In this document: in pieces, positions 17,536 to 27,688 of the stretch
How positions within the stretch are numbered: position 1 is the first letter of the stretch
How the letters are laid out: every line of letters starts with the position of its first letter
NCBI GenBank assembly: GCA_038229415.1
Contig: JBBROM010000004.1
Location: 210,343-274,342, forward strand
Length of the DNA stretch: 64,000 nt
Reading direction: 5' to 3'
From: Terriglobales bacterium
Lineage (GTDB): Bacteria; Acidobacteriota; Terriglobia; Terriglobales; Acidobacteriaceae
The notes under the pieces: generated by a model
What the model saw: the letters and a program-made list of their open reading frames with translations, nothing else
What the model was told of the DNA's origin: nothing
The model's database searches: none
Translations under genes and position numbers: made by a program

Positions 17536-19194
17536 ATGCCCACACGCCGCAACTTTATCTACACTCTGGGAGCGATCACTGCCTCCTCCGCCTTTGCGAT
17601 TGATCGCACCGAGCCTGAGCTCATCCTTTACAACGGCAACTTTTGGACGGCGAATCCGCGCCTGCCGCGCGCCCAGGCGGTGGCCATTTCTGGCGGACGC
17701 TTCCTCGCCATCGGCAGCAACGATGAGATTCTGGCGCTGGCCGCGGGCAACGTGAAGAAAGTGGACCTCGGCGGCAAGCGCGTGCTGCCGGGATTCATTG
17801 ACGCGCACTCGCATCCCGCCGCAGCTGGCCTATCGCACCTGCGTGAAGTGGATTGCGACCTGCGCTCTGTCGGCGCGATTCTCTCGGCCTTACGCGAGCG
17901 CGCCGCGAAAACGCCCAAGGGCGAATGGGTGCTGGGCTTTAAGTATGACGACACCAAGACTGTAGAAGGCCGCCCCCTTACGCTGGCCGAGCTTGACGCT
18001 GCCGTGCCCGATCATCCGGTTCTCGTCGTGCATCGCGGCGGACACACGGGCTGGGTCAATTCGCTGGCTTACAAAGTTGCCAAGGTGGACGACTCCACTC
18101 CTGACCCTGCGGGCGGACGCTACGACCACGACCCCGCCACCGGCAAACTCGACGGCCACGTGCGTGAAAAGGCTCGCCAGCACATTGAAGAAGCCAACCC
18201 CGTCACCTTCTCGCGCGACGACCACCGCGAGGGCGTCAAGATCATTTCGCGGATGATGTCGCGCACTGGCGTGACCAGTGTGACCGACGCATGGACCACC
18301 CCGGATGATTTGCGGGCGTATCAGGATGCGCGCGAATCGGGCGACCTGTCACTTCGCATCTATTGCATGATCTATCAAGCATTTGTTCCCAAATTGATTG
18401 ATGCTGGCGTTCGCACCGGCTTCGGCGACGATTGGGTTCGCGTCGGCGGACAGAAGATGACCTGCGACGGCTCGATCTCTGAACGCACGGCGCGGCTCTC
18501 GCAAGCCTACATCGGACGCCCTGACGATTTCGGCATTATCGTCACGCCGGAAGCCGAACTCTACGAGCAGGCCAAACGCGCGCACTTGGCGGGATGGCAA
18601 CTTGGCACGCACGCCAACGGCGACGTTGGCATTGACATCACTCTACGTGTGTATGAGCGCCTGCAGCGCGAGTATCCACGCAAGGACGCGCGCTACCGCA
18701 TTGAGCACTGCACCGTCATCAACGATTCGCTCATCCAGCGCATCAAGGTACTGGGTGCGATCCCTACGCCGTTTTCCACCTATGCCTACTATCACGGCGA
18801 AAAGATGAAGGAATACGGTGCCGAGCGGGTGAACCATATGTTTGCGCTGCGCAGCTTTATTGACGCTGGCATCCGCCCGACGCAGGCTTCCGACTATCCT
18901 CCGGGCCCGTTCGAGCCGATGATGGCGTTGCAATCGGAGGTGACACGCACGGATATGCACGGCACGGTCTGGGGCCCCAAGCAGCGCATCACGCTGGAAG
19001 AGGCGATACGCGTGGGCACGATCAATGGCGCTTACGCTTCCTACGAAGAAAACATCAAAGGTTCGATTGAGCCGGGCAAGCTTGCCGATCTGGTCGTGCT
19101 GGGCCGCGACGTGTTTCTGGAAGATCCGATGAACGTCGTGAACATTCCGATTGAGCGCACGATGGTGGGGGGCAGATGGGTCTACGAATCGTAA
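17536..19194 (+). CDS. TAT-exported amidohydrolase (Amidohydro_3 / YtcJ-like metal-dependent hydrolase)
   Basis: The ATG at 17536 gives a twin-arginine signal (MPTRRNFIYTLGAITASSAFA). The metal-binding block is PGFIDAHSHP and a later block is GTHANGD. Confidence 0.85.
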   Translation: MPTRRNFIYTLGAITASSAFAIDRTEPELILYNGNFWTANPRLPRAQAVAISGGRFLAIGSNDEILALAAGNVKKVDLGGKRVLPGFIDAHSHPAAAGLSHLREVDCDLRSVGAILSALRERAAKTPKGEWVLGFKYDDTKTVEGRPLTLAELDAAVPDHPVLVVHRGGHTGWVNSLAYKVAKVDDSTPDPAGGRYDHDPATGKLDGHVREKARQHIEEANPVTFSRDDHREGVKIISRMMSRTGVTSVTDAWTTPDDLRAYQDARESGDLSLRIYCMIYQAFVPKLIDAGVRTGFGDDWVRVGGQKMTCDGSISERTARLSQAYIGRPDDFGIIVTPEAELYEQAKRAHLAGWQLGTHANGDVGIDITLRVYERLQREYPRKDARYRIEHCTVINDSLIQRIKVLGAIPTPFSTYAYYHGEKMKEYGAERVNHMFALRSFIDAGIRPTQASDYPPGPFEPMMALQSEVTRTDMHGTVWGPKQRITLEEAIRVGTINGAYASYEENIKGSIEPGKLADLVVLGRDVFLEDPMNVVNIPIERTMVGGRWVYES

Positions 19195-19536
19195 GACGGA
19201 GTCAGAACACCTCGGACTCGCGAGCTACGGCCCGGTTTTCCACATAGGCACCAAACAGTTCTGGCACCTTGGTGGGGGCGACGGGCGCGCAAGTGCTATT
19301 CCGCCCCCACCACGGTGCAAGTTAACCTCTCGTTAACCTTTACAAACGTGCACCCGTAGCGAGCCACTTCGTCTCGGTCGTTCGGCGCAGGTCTCCTCTG
19401 GCACTCGCCGATCATTTGCGCGTCTCTATCACACGGGGCAATCCGGCCAGGATTGCCCCAAGCATTTTCTGCCCGAATGCAAGGCCGCTAATCCTCTGAC
19501 AGCGGGTCGCTCTGGTAGCATGGATTTCAGATTGCT

Positions 19537-20607
19537 ATGAATTACGACGCATTGCTTGTAGTCTCCTTTGGCGGGCCTGAGAAGCCCGAAGACGTCCTCC
19601 CTTTTCTGGAAAATGTGCTGCGCGGCAAGAACGTGCCCCGCGAACGGATGCTCGAGGTCGCCGAGCACTATTACCACTTTGGCGGCAAGAGCCCCATCAA
19701 CGACCAGAACCGCCAGCTCATCTCTGCCCTTCAAGTAGAACTTGAACAAAATGGTCCCAAGTTGCCAATTTATTGGGGGAATCGCAACTGGCATCCGCTG
19801 CTGACCGACACCCTGCGCCAGATGCAGGCCGACGGTGTGAAGCGCGCCCTTGCCTACGTTACCTCGGCTTTTTCTTCCTATTCCGGCTGCCGTCAGTATC
19901 GCGAGGACATCGCCCGGGCGCAGCAGTCGCTGGTGGAAATCGGCGGCGCAGGCGCGGCTGGAGATTCTGCGATAGAAGTTCCGCAGATAGATAAGCTCCG
20001 TATCTTTTGGAACCATCCCGACTTTTTGGCCTGTGTTGCCGACCGGGTTCGCGATGCGCTTGCCCAGATTCCCGCCGAACGCCGCGAGGCTGCGCAAATC
20101 ATCTTCACCGCCCACAGCATCCCCATGAGTATGGCCGCAGGCTGCGACTACGAGATGCAGCTGAAGATGGCGGCGGGTATTGTCGCGGGTGCGTTGGGCT
20201 TTTCAGAAGGTGCCGGCTGGCGACTCGTCTACCAGAGCCGCAGCGGCCCTCCGACGCAGCCATGGCTTGAGCCTGACATTCTCGACTACCTGAAGCAGGT
20301 GAAAGCCGAGGGCAAGCAGGATGTCGTTGTTATGCCGCTCGGGTTCATCAGTGACCACATGGAGGTGCTGTTCGACCTCGACACGCAGGCGCAGGAGTTG
20401 TGCCACGAGATTGGCTTGAATATGATCCGCGCGGGGACAGTCGGCGTACATCCGAGGTTCATTGGGATGATTCGCGAGTTGATTGTGGAGCGGATGGAGG
20501 GGCAAGTGCCACGGCTGGCGATTGGGGCTGAGGGTACGCGGACGGCGTGCGCTGAAGTGTGCTGCACTCCGCCACCTGCGAGGCCAGCGGTGCGGCCGGG
20601 TGCGTAG
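19537..20607 (+). CDS. hemH: Ferrochelatase
   Basis: The N-terminus LLVVSFGGPEKPEDVLPFLENVLRG and the blocks FTAHSIP and GFISDHMEVLFDLD match the ferrochelatase family. Confidence 0.9.
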   Translation: MNYDALLVVSFGGPEKPEDVLPFLENVLRGKNVPRERMLEVAEHYYHFGGKSPINDQNRQLISALQVELEQNGPKLPIYWGNRNWHPLLTDTLRQMQADGVKRALAYVTSAFSSYSGCRQYREDIARAQQSLVEIGGAGAAGDSAIEVPQIDKLRIFWNHPDFLACVADRVRDALAQIPAERREAAQIIFTAHSIPMSMAAGCDYEMQLKMAAGIVAGALGFSEGAGWRLVYQSRSGPPTQPWLEPDILDYLKQVKAEGKQDVVVMPLGFISDHMEVLFDLDTQAQELCHEIGLNMIRAGTVGVHPRFIGMIRELIVERMEGQVPRLAIGAEGTRTACAEVCCTPPPARPAVRPGA

Positions 20608-20707
20608 GCATAGTCAAAACATCGAGTCTTACCCATGCGCGGGCACCCACCTTTCGCGACCTTCGAAGGTGGAATGCAGAATTTCGCGCCTCCGGTAAAA
20701 TCACTGC

Positions 20708-22012
20708 ATGCCCTCTTCTCCTGATGCGATCATTGTTGGTGCTGGTCTGGCTGGCCTTGCCGCTGCGCGTGAGCTTACAGCGCACGGCAAGAGCTGCCTC
20801 GTTGTCGAAGCTTCGGACGGCATTGGCGGACGAGCCCGCACCGACGAAGTCGAAGGCTTTTTGCTTGACCGTGGCTTTCAGGTGCTACTCACGGCGTATC
20901 CTGAAGCCCGCCGTGTCCTCGACTTCACAACACTGCAGCTGAAAACGTTCGATCCTGGTTCGCTGGTTTATTGGGACGGCGCGACGCATTTGCTGGGCGA
21001 CCCGTGGCGGATGGAAGATCGCATGTTCGACATCATCCTCTCCCCGGTGGTTCCCACAGCGGACAAGCTGCGCATCCGCACTCTGCGCAATCGCCTGAAG
21101 GCGACAACTGTGGATGCGATTCTCGCAGCCCCCGAGCGATCCACCTTTGAATATCTGATTTCACTCGGCTTTTCGCCTGCCATCATCGAGCGTTTCTTCC
21201 AGCCGTTTTATCGTGGCATATTTCTGGAGCCTTACCTCGCCACCTCGAGCCGCATGTTTGAGTTCGTCTTCAAGATGTTTGCCGAAGGCGACGCCGCCCT
21301 GCCCGCGCGCGGCATGGGCGCCATGGCACAGCAACTGGCGACGCAGATCCCGGCGGGCGCCATTCACCTCAACGCTCGCGTGAGTCATATTGCTCCCGGA
21401 GTCGTCACCATGGAAGATGGTGAGACTCGCAAGGCTCCCGCGGTGATCGTGGCAACTGACCAGCCCAATGCTGCGCGGTTACTAGGGAAAGCTGTGCAGC
21501 TCGGTAGCGTGCAACGAGCCACTACTTGTCTGTATTTCGCCGTGGAGAATGGCGACGAGTTGCCGGTTCGTGAACGCATGTTGGTGTTGAACGGCACTGG
21601 CCAAGGGCGAGTAAATAACCTGTGCGTGGTCAGCCGCATTCAGCCGACCTATGCACCTGAGGGCAAGCACCTGATTTCGGTGAGCCTAGTGGGCACGGAA
21701 GGCGAAGATGCAAATACTCCCACGCATTGGATCGCTTCGACCGGCCGCGAGGATGCGGCCCATGCCAACGGCGTCCTCGACGAGCTATTCAGTTGTTTCG
21801 GTGAGGGGGTGCGCCAGTGGCGGCATCTGCGCACCTATCGCGTTCCCTTCAGCTTGCCTGATCAAAGTGTGGAAGCTGGCGGGATAGCCGCGTGGAACCC
21901 TAAGTTAGCCCCAGGTTTATTTGTATGTGGAGATTATTGCGACACAGCTTCGATCAACGGGGCGTTACTAAGTGGCAGACATGCGGCGGAAGCGGTGCTG
22001 GCGGAGTTGTAG
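20708..22012 (+). CDS. NAD(P)/FAD-dependent oxidoreductase (amine-oxidase / protoporphyrinogen-oxidase superfamily)
   Basis: Dinucleotide fold DAIIVGAGLAGLAAARELTAHGKSCLVVEASDGIGGRARTD and a C-terminal GDY...SINGALLSGRHAA block. Confidence 0.8.
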   Translation: MPSSPDAIIVGAGLAGLAAARELTAHGKSCLVVEASDGIGGRARTDEVEGFLLDRGFQVLLTAYPEARRVLDFTTLQLKTFDPGSLVYWDGATHLLGDPWRMEDRMFDIILSPVVPTADKLRIRTLRNRLKATTVDAILAAPERSTFEYLISLGFSPAIIERFFQPFYRGIFLEPYLATSSRMFEFVFKMFAEGDAALPARGMGAMAQQLATQIPAGAIHLNARVSHIAPGVVTMEDGETRKAPAVIVATDQPNAARLLGKAVQLGSVQRATTCLYFAVENGDELPVRERMLVLNGTGQGRVNNLCVVSRIQPTYAPEGKHLISVSLVGTEGEDANTPTHWIASTGREDAAHANGVLDELFSCFGEGVRQWRHLRTYRVPFSLPDQSVEAGGIAAWNPKLAPGLFVCGDYCDTASINGALLSGRHAAEAVLAEL

Positions 22013-22060
22013 GTTGTTGGCGGAAAACTCCGACTAGCGAAGCGACTGAACTGGTCACTC

Positions 22061-23356
22061 CTAAGGTTCTCCCCACAACTTCTGCTCGTTCCCCAGCTTG
22101 GTCAGCGTCAACTGGACGTCGCTGATGTAGCGCTCCTGGAACGCGCCTTCGCAGTAGGCGAGATAGTAGTCCCACATACGGATGAACGGCTCGTCGAAGC
22201 CGAGAGATCGTACTGACTCCAGCCCGGCATGGAAGCGGCGCCGCCACTCGCGCAACGTCAGCACATAGTGCAGGCCGATGTCCTCAATGTTGAACACTTG
22301 CAGTCCGGTCGCACGCCCCAGCGACTTACTAATCTCCGCCAGCGATGCCAGCTCCGAGCCGGGGAAGATATGCTTCTTGATCCAGTCGCTTTGCCAGCGA
22401 TACGCTTCCCAGACTTGTTCCTTGATCGTGATGGTCTGGATCAGTGCCGTGCCTTGCGGCTTGAGCATGCGGTCGCAGACGCCGAAGTAGTCGTCGTAGT
22501 GTTCGCGACCCACGGCCTCGAACATTTCAATGCTCACCAGCTTGTCAAAGCGCTCGGCGGTGTTCTCGGGCAGATGCCGGTAGTCGCTGAACAGAAGCTG
22601 AATCCGCCTGCCAGCTTCGCCCATCGCATCGAATGCAGCCCGTGCAAAGTCGTGTTGTTCGCGGCTGATGGTCGTCGTGGTCACACGGCATCCGTATTCG
22701 CGCGCCGCGTGCGCCGCAAATCCTCCCCAGCCCGTGCCGATTTCCAGTAAATTATCCTGCGGACGAAGTTGCAACTTCTGGCAGATGCGGTCAAACTTCT
22801 GGACTTGCGCCTGCTCCAGCGTGTCGGCTTCGCTGCGGTAAATGCCGCTCGAATACGCCAGCTGCTCATCCAGAAAAATTTTGTAGAAATCGTTGCCCAA
22901 GTCGTAGTGATGCGCGATATTCTTGGCCGAACCCGCCACGGTATTTTTGCGCAGACGATGACGCACATAATCCAGCTTGCGCCCGATCCACGAAAAGACT
23001 GCGTGTTCGGACTCAATCGCTTCCAGGTTCCGCACAAACACGCGGATCACACTCACCAGATCCGGCGTGGACCACAGGCCTTCCATGTAGCCTTCGCCCA
23101 ATCCGATATCGCCACTCACTGCGATGCGCTGGAAGAATGACTCGTCGTGAACGCGAATCACCGCCCTCACATCGGACGCAGCATTGCCGAAACGGTGCGT
23201 CTGCCCAAGCGAGACAACTTCCAGCAGTCCATCGCTGGTGCGCGCCAGCGCCTTCAACACCAACTGCTTGGCGATGCGCAAGGTCATCCCTTGCTCGCCT
23301 GCCCCCGTGGCGCGTGGGAAGGACTCTTCACTTGGTCGTGTTGCCTGCGTGCTCAA
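22061..23356 (-). CDS. Cyclopropane-fatty-acyl-phospholipid synthase family SAM-dependent methyltransferase
   Basis: CMAS-family blocks AHHYDLGNDFYKIFLDEQLAYSSG, SAM motif LLEIGTGWGGFA and SIEMFEAVG. Confidence 0.9.
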   Translation of the reverse strand: MSTQATRPSEESFPRATGAGEQGMTLRIAKQLVLKALARTSDGLLEVVSLGQTHRFGNAASDVRAVIRVHDESFFQRIAVSGDIGLGEGYMEGLWSTPDLVSVIRVFVRNLEAIESEHAVFSWIGRKLDYVRHRLRKNTVAGSAKNIAHHYDLGNDFYKIFLDEQLAYSSGIYRSEADTLEQAQVQKFDRICQKLQLRPQDNLLEIGTGWGGFAAHAAREYGCRVTTTTISREQHDFARAAFDAMGEAGRRIQLLFSDYRHLPENTAERFDKLVSIEMFEAVGREHYDDYFGVCDRMLKPQGTALIQTITIKEQVWEAYRWQSDWIKKHIFPGSELASLAEISKSLGRATGLQVFNIEDIGLHYVLTLREWRRRFHAGLESVRSLGFDEPFIRMWDYYLAYCEGAFQERYISDVQLTLTKLGNEQKLWGEP

Positions 23357-23402
23357 CGGAATCGCTCTCCTTGCGTAACGTCTTGGGCTTACTTATTGCT
23401 GC

Positions 23403-24206
23403 CTACTTGTTACCCCAGCGTGCTGCAAAATTTCTCGTTGGTGCAGCTGCAAACTTGCCCGGCCCGGGATGATGCACCACCGGCACTCGCTTGCCAATCA
23501 ATCGCAGGGCCTGCCAGTGAATGTCGAAGACCACCTTGGCGGTCATCCACGGAAAGCGCAGCAACTCGGCTCGCAGATTTTCCGCCGACCACTCCCGGCG
23601 ATCCAACTTCAAAGTCGAATCGAAAATCGCCTCACCCGCTTCGCTCGAATTCGACTGCACCACTAAATTTTCCGCAGGATCGGTGAACGTCCACTGGTAG
23701 CGCTGTTTCATGGCCATAAACGGAGACACATGGAATGCCTTGTCGAACTCGTACCGCGCGCTATCAGCCCCGCGTTGAACGCACTCTTTGGATGTCAGCC
23801 AGTAGTTGTGCGTCTCCGCAAAAGTGTTGTTCACCTCTGCCATCACGCACGTTAACGCGCCGGAATTGTCATAGCAGTAAAAGAAACTTACAGGATTAAA
23901 GTTGTAGCCCAAATAGCGCAGGTGCGTCAGCAGAAAAATTGGGCCATCGGGTAGTTCAACGCCGTGTGCCCATGCGTCGTTTCTGAGCCGCTCGTGCAGC
24001 GGCAAGTTTGCATCTCCAAAGTGGTCGCGCTCGCAGTAGCTCGCCCAATTCCAGCGATTGTAGCCACTGAAGCGCGAAATTCGCATCAACTCGGGCAGCT
24101 TGTCTACATCCAGAAACGCCATGAAAATGGGATACGCGAACTCATGCTGCGTCGGCCGAAAGCGCCGATGCCGCAACGTCCCGGAATAGATCGCCGATTC
24201 CATCAA
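23403..24206 (-). CDS. DUF1365 domain protein
   Basis: Hallmark N-terminus SAIYSGTLRHRRFRPTQHEFAYPIFMAFLDVDKLPEL. Confidence 0.85.
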   Translation of the reverse strand: MMESAIYSGTLRHRRFRPTQHEFAYPIFMAFLDVDKLPELMRISRFSGYNRWNWASYCERDHFGDANLPLHERLRNDAWAHGVELPDGPIFLLTHLRYLGYNFNPVSFFYCYDNSGALTCVMAEVNNTFAETHNYWLTSKECVQRGADSARYEFDKAFHVSPFMAMKQRYQWTFTDPAENLVVQSNSSEAGEAIFDSTLKLDRREWSAENLRAELLRFPWMTAKVVFDIHWQALRLIGKRVPVVHHPGPGKFAAAPTRNFAARWGNK

Positions 24207-24215
24207 GCTGTTTCT

Positions 24216-25553
24216 CTACCAGTCCACGCCGAGCGACTTCGCCACTCGTACTGCTGACTTCATGCCATCTTCGTGGAATCCGTAAAACCAGTACGCGCCA
24301 CAAAAATGGGTGTGATGCTTGCGGCTTACATCTGCCCACCGCTCCTGCGAATGAACCGCATCCAGCGTATACAACGGATGACCGTAGTCAATCGTGCGCA
24401 GTACCTTCGCCGGATCAATCCACTCCGCCTGGTTCAGCGTTACACAATATTCCTCGCCGGCCGGAACCGGCAAGTTCTGCAAACGGTTCATGGAATACGT
24501 CAGCGTCGCCGCTTTGATGCCCGTGCCCAGCGAATAGTTCCAGCTCGCGCGCGCGATCTTTCGCCTCGGCAAAATGCTGCTATCCGTATGCATTACCGCC
24601 TGGTTGCGGCTGGTGCGGAACCCGCCCAGCACCTCGCGCTCAGTATCCGTCGGCTCTTCCAGCAGCGCCAGCGCCTGCGGCCCGTGACATGCCAACACGA
24701 CTTCGTCAAACACTTCCGGCGCTCTATCCTCATGTACGAGCTGCACCGAGCCTTCGGATTGCGGGGCTGCGGCGAGGTTCCGTCGAATTGCCCGAATCTT
24801 AGCATTCCGCACGATGCGCTCGACATAAGGCGCAGTGATTTGAGGGATATAGCTGCTGCTGCCGCCCTTCAGCACATACCATTGCGGATTCGTGTCCCGA
24901 CCCAGCCAGCCGTGATTCTCAAAAAACTTGATCAGTGTGAACGCCGGGAACTGCTCCACTTGGTCCAGCGAAGTAGACCACACTGAGGCCGTCATCGGGA
25001 ACAGATAATATCGGGCAAACTCCGGCCCAAACTTGGCCGCGCGAAGATAGTCGCCCAGGGTCAGCCGCACATTGGCAGGATCCTTCAGCAACTCCGCGGC
25101 CTCGCGATAAAAGCGCAGCGTGTCGAGCAAAAAGCGATAGTGCGACGGCCGCAACAACGACGATTTCGTGGCAAAGAATCCGGCTAATCCGTGGCTGGAA
25201 TACTCAAAGCCGGTTTGCCGGTCGGTGACGGCGAAGCTCATATCGCTTTTTTCGCGCTCCACCCCGAGCTCGCCGAATAGGCGAATCAGGTTCGGATACG
25301 TCTTGTTATTGTGGACGATGAAGCCGGAATCAATCGGCAGGACGCCGCGGCTGGTTTCAATCTGGTGGGTGTGGGTATGACCGCCAATGCGGTCCTGTTT
25401 TTCGTAAAGCCAAACTTCGTGGCGGCCTCCTGCATGTTTGCTCAGCAGGTAGGCCGCCGCCATGCCCGATATTCCTGAGCCGATGACCGCGATTCGGCTC
25501 AAGCGGCGCGCTGCTCCTGATGCTGATCCTCGCGCGGCGGGCGCAAATCCCAC
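24216..25553 (-). CDS. FAD-dependent oxidoreductase (amine-oxidase type) of the lipid-modification cluster
   Basis: Dinucleotide fold IAVIGSGISGMAAAYLLSK...LYEKQDRIGGHTHT. The start is uncertain. A TTG at about 25502 would overlap the desaturase TGA stop (TTGA) instead of overlapping that gene by 55 nt. Confidence 0.85.
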   Translation of the reverse strand: MGFAPAARGSASGAARRLSRIAVIGSGISGMAAAYLLSKHAGGRHEVWLYEKQDRIGGHTHTHQIETSRGVLPIDSGFIVHNNKTYPNLIRLFGELGVEREKSDMSFAVTDRQTGFEYSSHGLAGFFATKSSLLRPSHYRFLLDTLRFYREAAELLKDPANVRLTLGDYLRAAKFGPEFARYYLFPMTASVWSTSLDQVEQFPAFTLIKFFENHGWLGRDTNPQWYVLKGGSSSYIPQITAPYVERIVRNAKIRAIRRNLAAAPQSEGSVQLVHEDRAPEVFDEVVLACHGPQALALLEEPTDTEREVLGGFRTSRNQAVMHTDSSILPRRKIARASWNYSLGTGIKAATLTYSMNRLQNLPVPAGEEYCVTLNQAEWIDPAKVLRTIDYGHPLYTLDAVHSQERWADVSRKHHTHFCGAYWFYGFHEDGMKSAVRVAKSLGVDW

Positions 25554-26419
25554 GCCAAGCCCACCCAGCTCATCATCTTCAGGAGGTAATAGGTCATGTC
25601 AATCTCATACCAGCGCAGTCCCTGCCGGGTGGCATACATGCGATGGTGATGATTGTTGTGCCAGCCTTCGCCCATGGTGATCAGCGCCAGCACAAAGTTG
25701 TTGCGGCTGTCATCGGAAGTCTCAAAGCGACGCCCGCCCCATACATGTGAGAGTGAGTTGATGGTGTACGTGCCATGCCAACACGCTACCGTGGAGATGA
25801 AAAATCCCCACACCAGAGCGCTCCAGGCGCCGATCCAGCCGCCAAACAGAAATCCACCCGCAAAAGACGCGACACCCAACGTCACCGGCGGCACCAGAAA
25901 GTGCTCGCTGATCCAGCGCAGTTCAGGGAATTTGGAGAAGTCGCGAATCAGATTTTCGTCGTATTCGTTATACTGCCCGCTCAACACCCAGCCCACGTGC
26001 GACCACCAAAAACCCTTTTGCATCGGCGAGTGAATGTCTTCTGGCGTATCCGACGTGGCATGATGTACCCGGTGATGCGACGCCCACCAAAGCACACCTT
26101 TTTGTGCCGAACTCTCGGCCAGGCAGGCCATCAAAAACTGGGTCACACGATGCAGTTTGTACGAGCGGTGCGAAAAATAGCGATGGTACCCAGCCGTCAC
26201 GCCAAACATGCGGAGGTAGTACATCCCCACCGCGAGCGCGACCCAATACCAATGGAACGGCAAAAAGAACGCAGCCAGGCACACCGCGTGAATCAGAAAG
26301 AACGGCACTCTTGAAACCGAGCTATGCACCTTGTGTTCGTCTGCCAGTTCGAGACCGGCGCGCTCTTCCAAATCCAGCGAATCCTGCGGAATGATTTCTT
26401 TTTCAATAAGGGCTTGCAC
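25499..26419 (-). CDS. Membrane acyl-CoA/acyl-lipid (Delta9-type) fatty acid desaturase
   Basis: Three histidine boxes are present (HRYFSH, HHRVHH, HNNHH). I prefer the GTG at 26419, which lies 8 nt after ggagag, over the tracked upstream start at 26530. Confidence 0.85.
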   Translation of the reverse strand: MQALIEKEIIPQDSLDLEERAGLELADEHKVHSSVSRVPFFLIHAVCLAAFFLPFHWYWVALAVGMYYLRMFGVTAGYHRYFSHRSYKLHRVTQFLMACLAESSAQKGVLWWASHHRVHHATSDTPEDIHSPMQKGFWWSHVGWVLSGQYNEYDENLIRDFSKFPELRWISEHFLVPPVTLGVASFAGGFLFGGWIGAWSALVWGFFISTVACWHGTYTINSLSHVWGGRRFETSDDSRNNFVLALITMGEGWHNNHHHRMYATRQGLRWYEIDMTYYLLKMMSWVGLAWDLRPPREDQHQEQRAA

Positions 26420-26601
26420 TGAATATTCTCTCCTGCAGCCGAAAGCGTTTTCTTCACGCAAAATCGGCAACCAAATGTACGATATCACTGCCCTTCGCCC
26501 AGATCGGGTAATACTTGTGTAACGTACCATCCGGTAACGTTGTCAAGATGGCGTCGCAACGGAGTGCAAAAGTCTGCGTCACGTGTCTACGTCGACTCCA
26601 A

Positions 26602-27156
26602 CTATTTCTTCTTAGGAGCTTCCCCGACAATGTGCCGGATGATCTGTCGATATTGGATCCCGACCCATCTCTCTGCTTTTGCTCTTGCTTCACGTTCAGT
26701 TTTTCCTTCTAGCCGCGCCTCCGCAAAGAAATTATTTGTCCCGCCGTATTCATCGCCTTCATCGGCCGTAACCAAAGCCACACTAGCAAAAACTGATGGC
26801 CAAAGTGAGCGACCATCGGCTGTCAACGCAATCCCTACCTCCGGGGCAGGCGTTCCGAACCATGTATCGCTTGGGTAGAAATGACAATAAAAATTGAGGA
26901 TGGGAGAATCGATGCTCTTCTCACCATTAGACTCTTCCTTCCAGTAAATATGGGGTGTTAGCTCCTTCAGTTTGCCTTTGAAAAGAACAAGTGGCACCCC
27001 CGGTGGCTGTCCTGTTCCAGACAACCGCGAATCGCTAGCTTTTCTGACATCAACTGACGGACTCTTCGTCAATTCGACAATCCGACGTTCGCACTCTCGA
27101 ATTCCTGATATCCTTCCGGCCTCAAATGCTTCTTGCAAGTTGCTGAAACCCGTCAT
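26602..27156 (-). CDS. Hypothetical protein (orphan, low-GC)
   Basis: 184-aa ORF with RBS-like gagagg 9 nt upstream. It lies in a visibly AT-richer ~750-bp segment. I recognise no family. Confidence 0.55.
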   Translation of the reverse strand: MTGFSNLQEAFEAGRISGIRECERRIVELTKSPSVDVRKASDSRLSGTGQPPGVPLVLFKGKLKELTPHIYWKEESNGEKSIDSPILNFYCHFYPSDTWFGTPAPEVGIALTADGRSLWPSVFASVALVTADEGDEYGGTNNFFAEARLEGKTEREARAKAERWVGIQYRQIIRHIVGEAPKKK

Positions 27157-27298
27157 GTTTCAAAACCTCTCTTCAGGCTATTTTACTGTCGTGGCTCCCC
27201 TCGGCAACTCTCTTCTTGAATCCAGGGAAAACTGCCGTAGAATGCTGCCATCTGCAATTTTGTTGAAGCTGAGACCGTCCAAGATCGGAGTCCGGCAC

Positions 27299-27634
27299 GT
27301 GAAACTACTGCTCAAGCTCGTCTTTCTCGCCATTTTCACCTACATGGTCACCATGACCATGACCATTCAGGGCTACAAATCTATTACGTTGGCGGGGGGC
27401 GAATTCGATTGGATCACGTCCCCCTGGGCCATCGCCACCCTGTTTGACGCCTACTTCGGCTTCGTCGCCTTCTGGGTGTGGGTCTGCTTCAAAGAACGCT
27501 CTGTGGTTAGCCGGGCCGTGTGGTTCGTTCTCATTATGGCGCTGGGCAACATCGCCATTTCTGGCTATATGCTGATTCAGCTCTTCCGTCTGAAGAAGGA
27601 TGAGCCGGTGGCCACCATCTGGCGCACCACGTAA
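27299..27634 (+). CDS. Small membrane protein, DUF1475-like
   Basis: The GTG at 27299 lies 8 nt after ggag. The protein is ~111 aa with three or four hydrophobic helices (WAIATLFDAYFGFVAFWVWVCFKE). The family assignment is from memory. Confidence 0.6.
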   Translation: MKLLLKLVFLAIFTYMVTMTMTIQGYKSITLAGGEFDWITSPWAIATLFDAYFGFVAFWVWVCFKERSVVSRAVWFVLIMALGNIAISGYMLIQLFRLKKDEPVATIWRTT

Positions 27635-27688
27635 GCCGCAGGCGGTATACATCCGGTCGCCCACTACAATCGTATGTAAGGTACGACC

